The notes beneath the pieces are model-generated. The model saw nothing but the letters and a program-made list of their open reading frames with translations, made no database searches and was not told where the DNA came from. The translations under genes were made by a program, and so were the position numbers. Of a stretch of DNA of 64,000 nucleotides, positions 63,399 to 64,000 are shown one piece after another; position 1 is the stretch's first letter, and each line of letters starts with the position of its first letter. This stretch comes from Eledone cirrhosa (lineage: Eukaryota): the NCBI GenBank assembly GCA_964016885.1, contig OZ024743.1:16802001-16866000 (forward strand), given 5' to 3'.

Positions 63399-63892
63399 TT
63401 GCATTTATATTGCTTTATGTTCATACGAGTTATCACCAAGTCACAACCAGTGACCTCAAGAGACAACAAGGTCCGCCATGTTCAAGAAAGAACACATACA
63501 CACACATGCATCCTTAGGTGTTTAGACTTGTGATGTACTTATATTGACAGTATCTTCCTTAGTATAAGGGCAGTTCGGATTAGTACTATCTTTTGTATTT
63601 CTCCTATACGCGGGTTTTCTGGGATTTGCGATAAGTAATCATTAGATACCTTAGGTATCATTCCTAGAGCGCCTACAACCACTGGTATTGTTTTAGTTCT
63701 CAATTTCCACATTTTTCCGATTGCTATCTCCAGGTCCTTATACTTGCTCAGTTTCTCAAGTATTTTTATAGATACATTCTTGTCTATTGGAACGGACATA
63801 TCAATTAGCAGGCATACACTCTTTTTAAAGTCCTTCAGTATTATATCAGGTGTATTTGCATCTATTTTTCGGTCTGTTTGGATGCTAAAGTT
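63399..63892 (-). mobile_element. R4/Dong family A 3' fragment
   Basis: Reverse complement of about 34134-34627 (MSVPIDKNVSIK...ILRKILSI plus 3' UTR). Flanked by (TTA)n. Confidence 0.92.
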
Positions 63893-63910
63893 ATTATTAT
63901 TATTATTGTT

Positions 63911-64000
63911 CTTTGAGTCTCAGTCACTGATGTTATTTTACTTGAAAGTTTGTTGAAATGAATATCAAGCCACTACCTGCAGCCTAAGAGATTCAGGGCG
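63911..64000 (-). mobile_element. 3' end of a diverged R4/Dong family B relative (runs off the window)
   Basis: - strand AGGCTGCAGGTAGTGGCTTGATATTCA...TGACTGAGACTCAAAGAAC(AAT)n matches 39457-39531. Confidence 0.85.

Overview
Eukaryotic, AT-rich, repeat-dominated DNA with no recognisable host gene. The SINE type and the dense (TA)n/(AAT)n microsatellites suggest an octopus-like cephalopod, but that is inference. There are three zones. (1) 1-21 kb and 59-61 kb: (TA)n tracts interleaved with Penelope-like element (PLE) debris, more than a dozen intact or degenerate type I hammerhead ribozyme motifs, many fold-back inverted repeats (including a 4.1 kb inverted Naiad-like PLE) and three tRNA-derived SINEs. 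(2) 23.0-56.3 kb: one (AAT)n microsatellite split by eight abutting non-LTR retrotransposon insertions. Three are full-length L1/Tx1-clade elements (APE-RT, all on the - strand, one with an intact 1139-aa ORF2). Five are R4/Dong-clade copies (RT plus restriction-like endonuclease, two families, all on the + strand). (3) 61.6-64 kb: a second, mirror-oriented mini-cluster of the same three lineages. The most notable signals are a strand-partitioned AAT-targeting retrotransposon community, a SINE whose 3' tail and ATTATT-starting target duplications match the Tx1-like element, and stereotyped hammerhead fold-back elements in (TA)n. All alignments and folds were done by eye.
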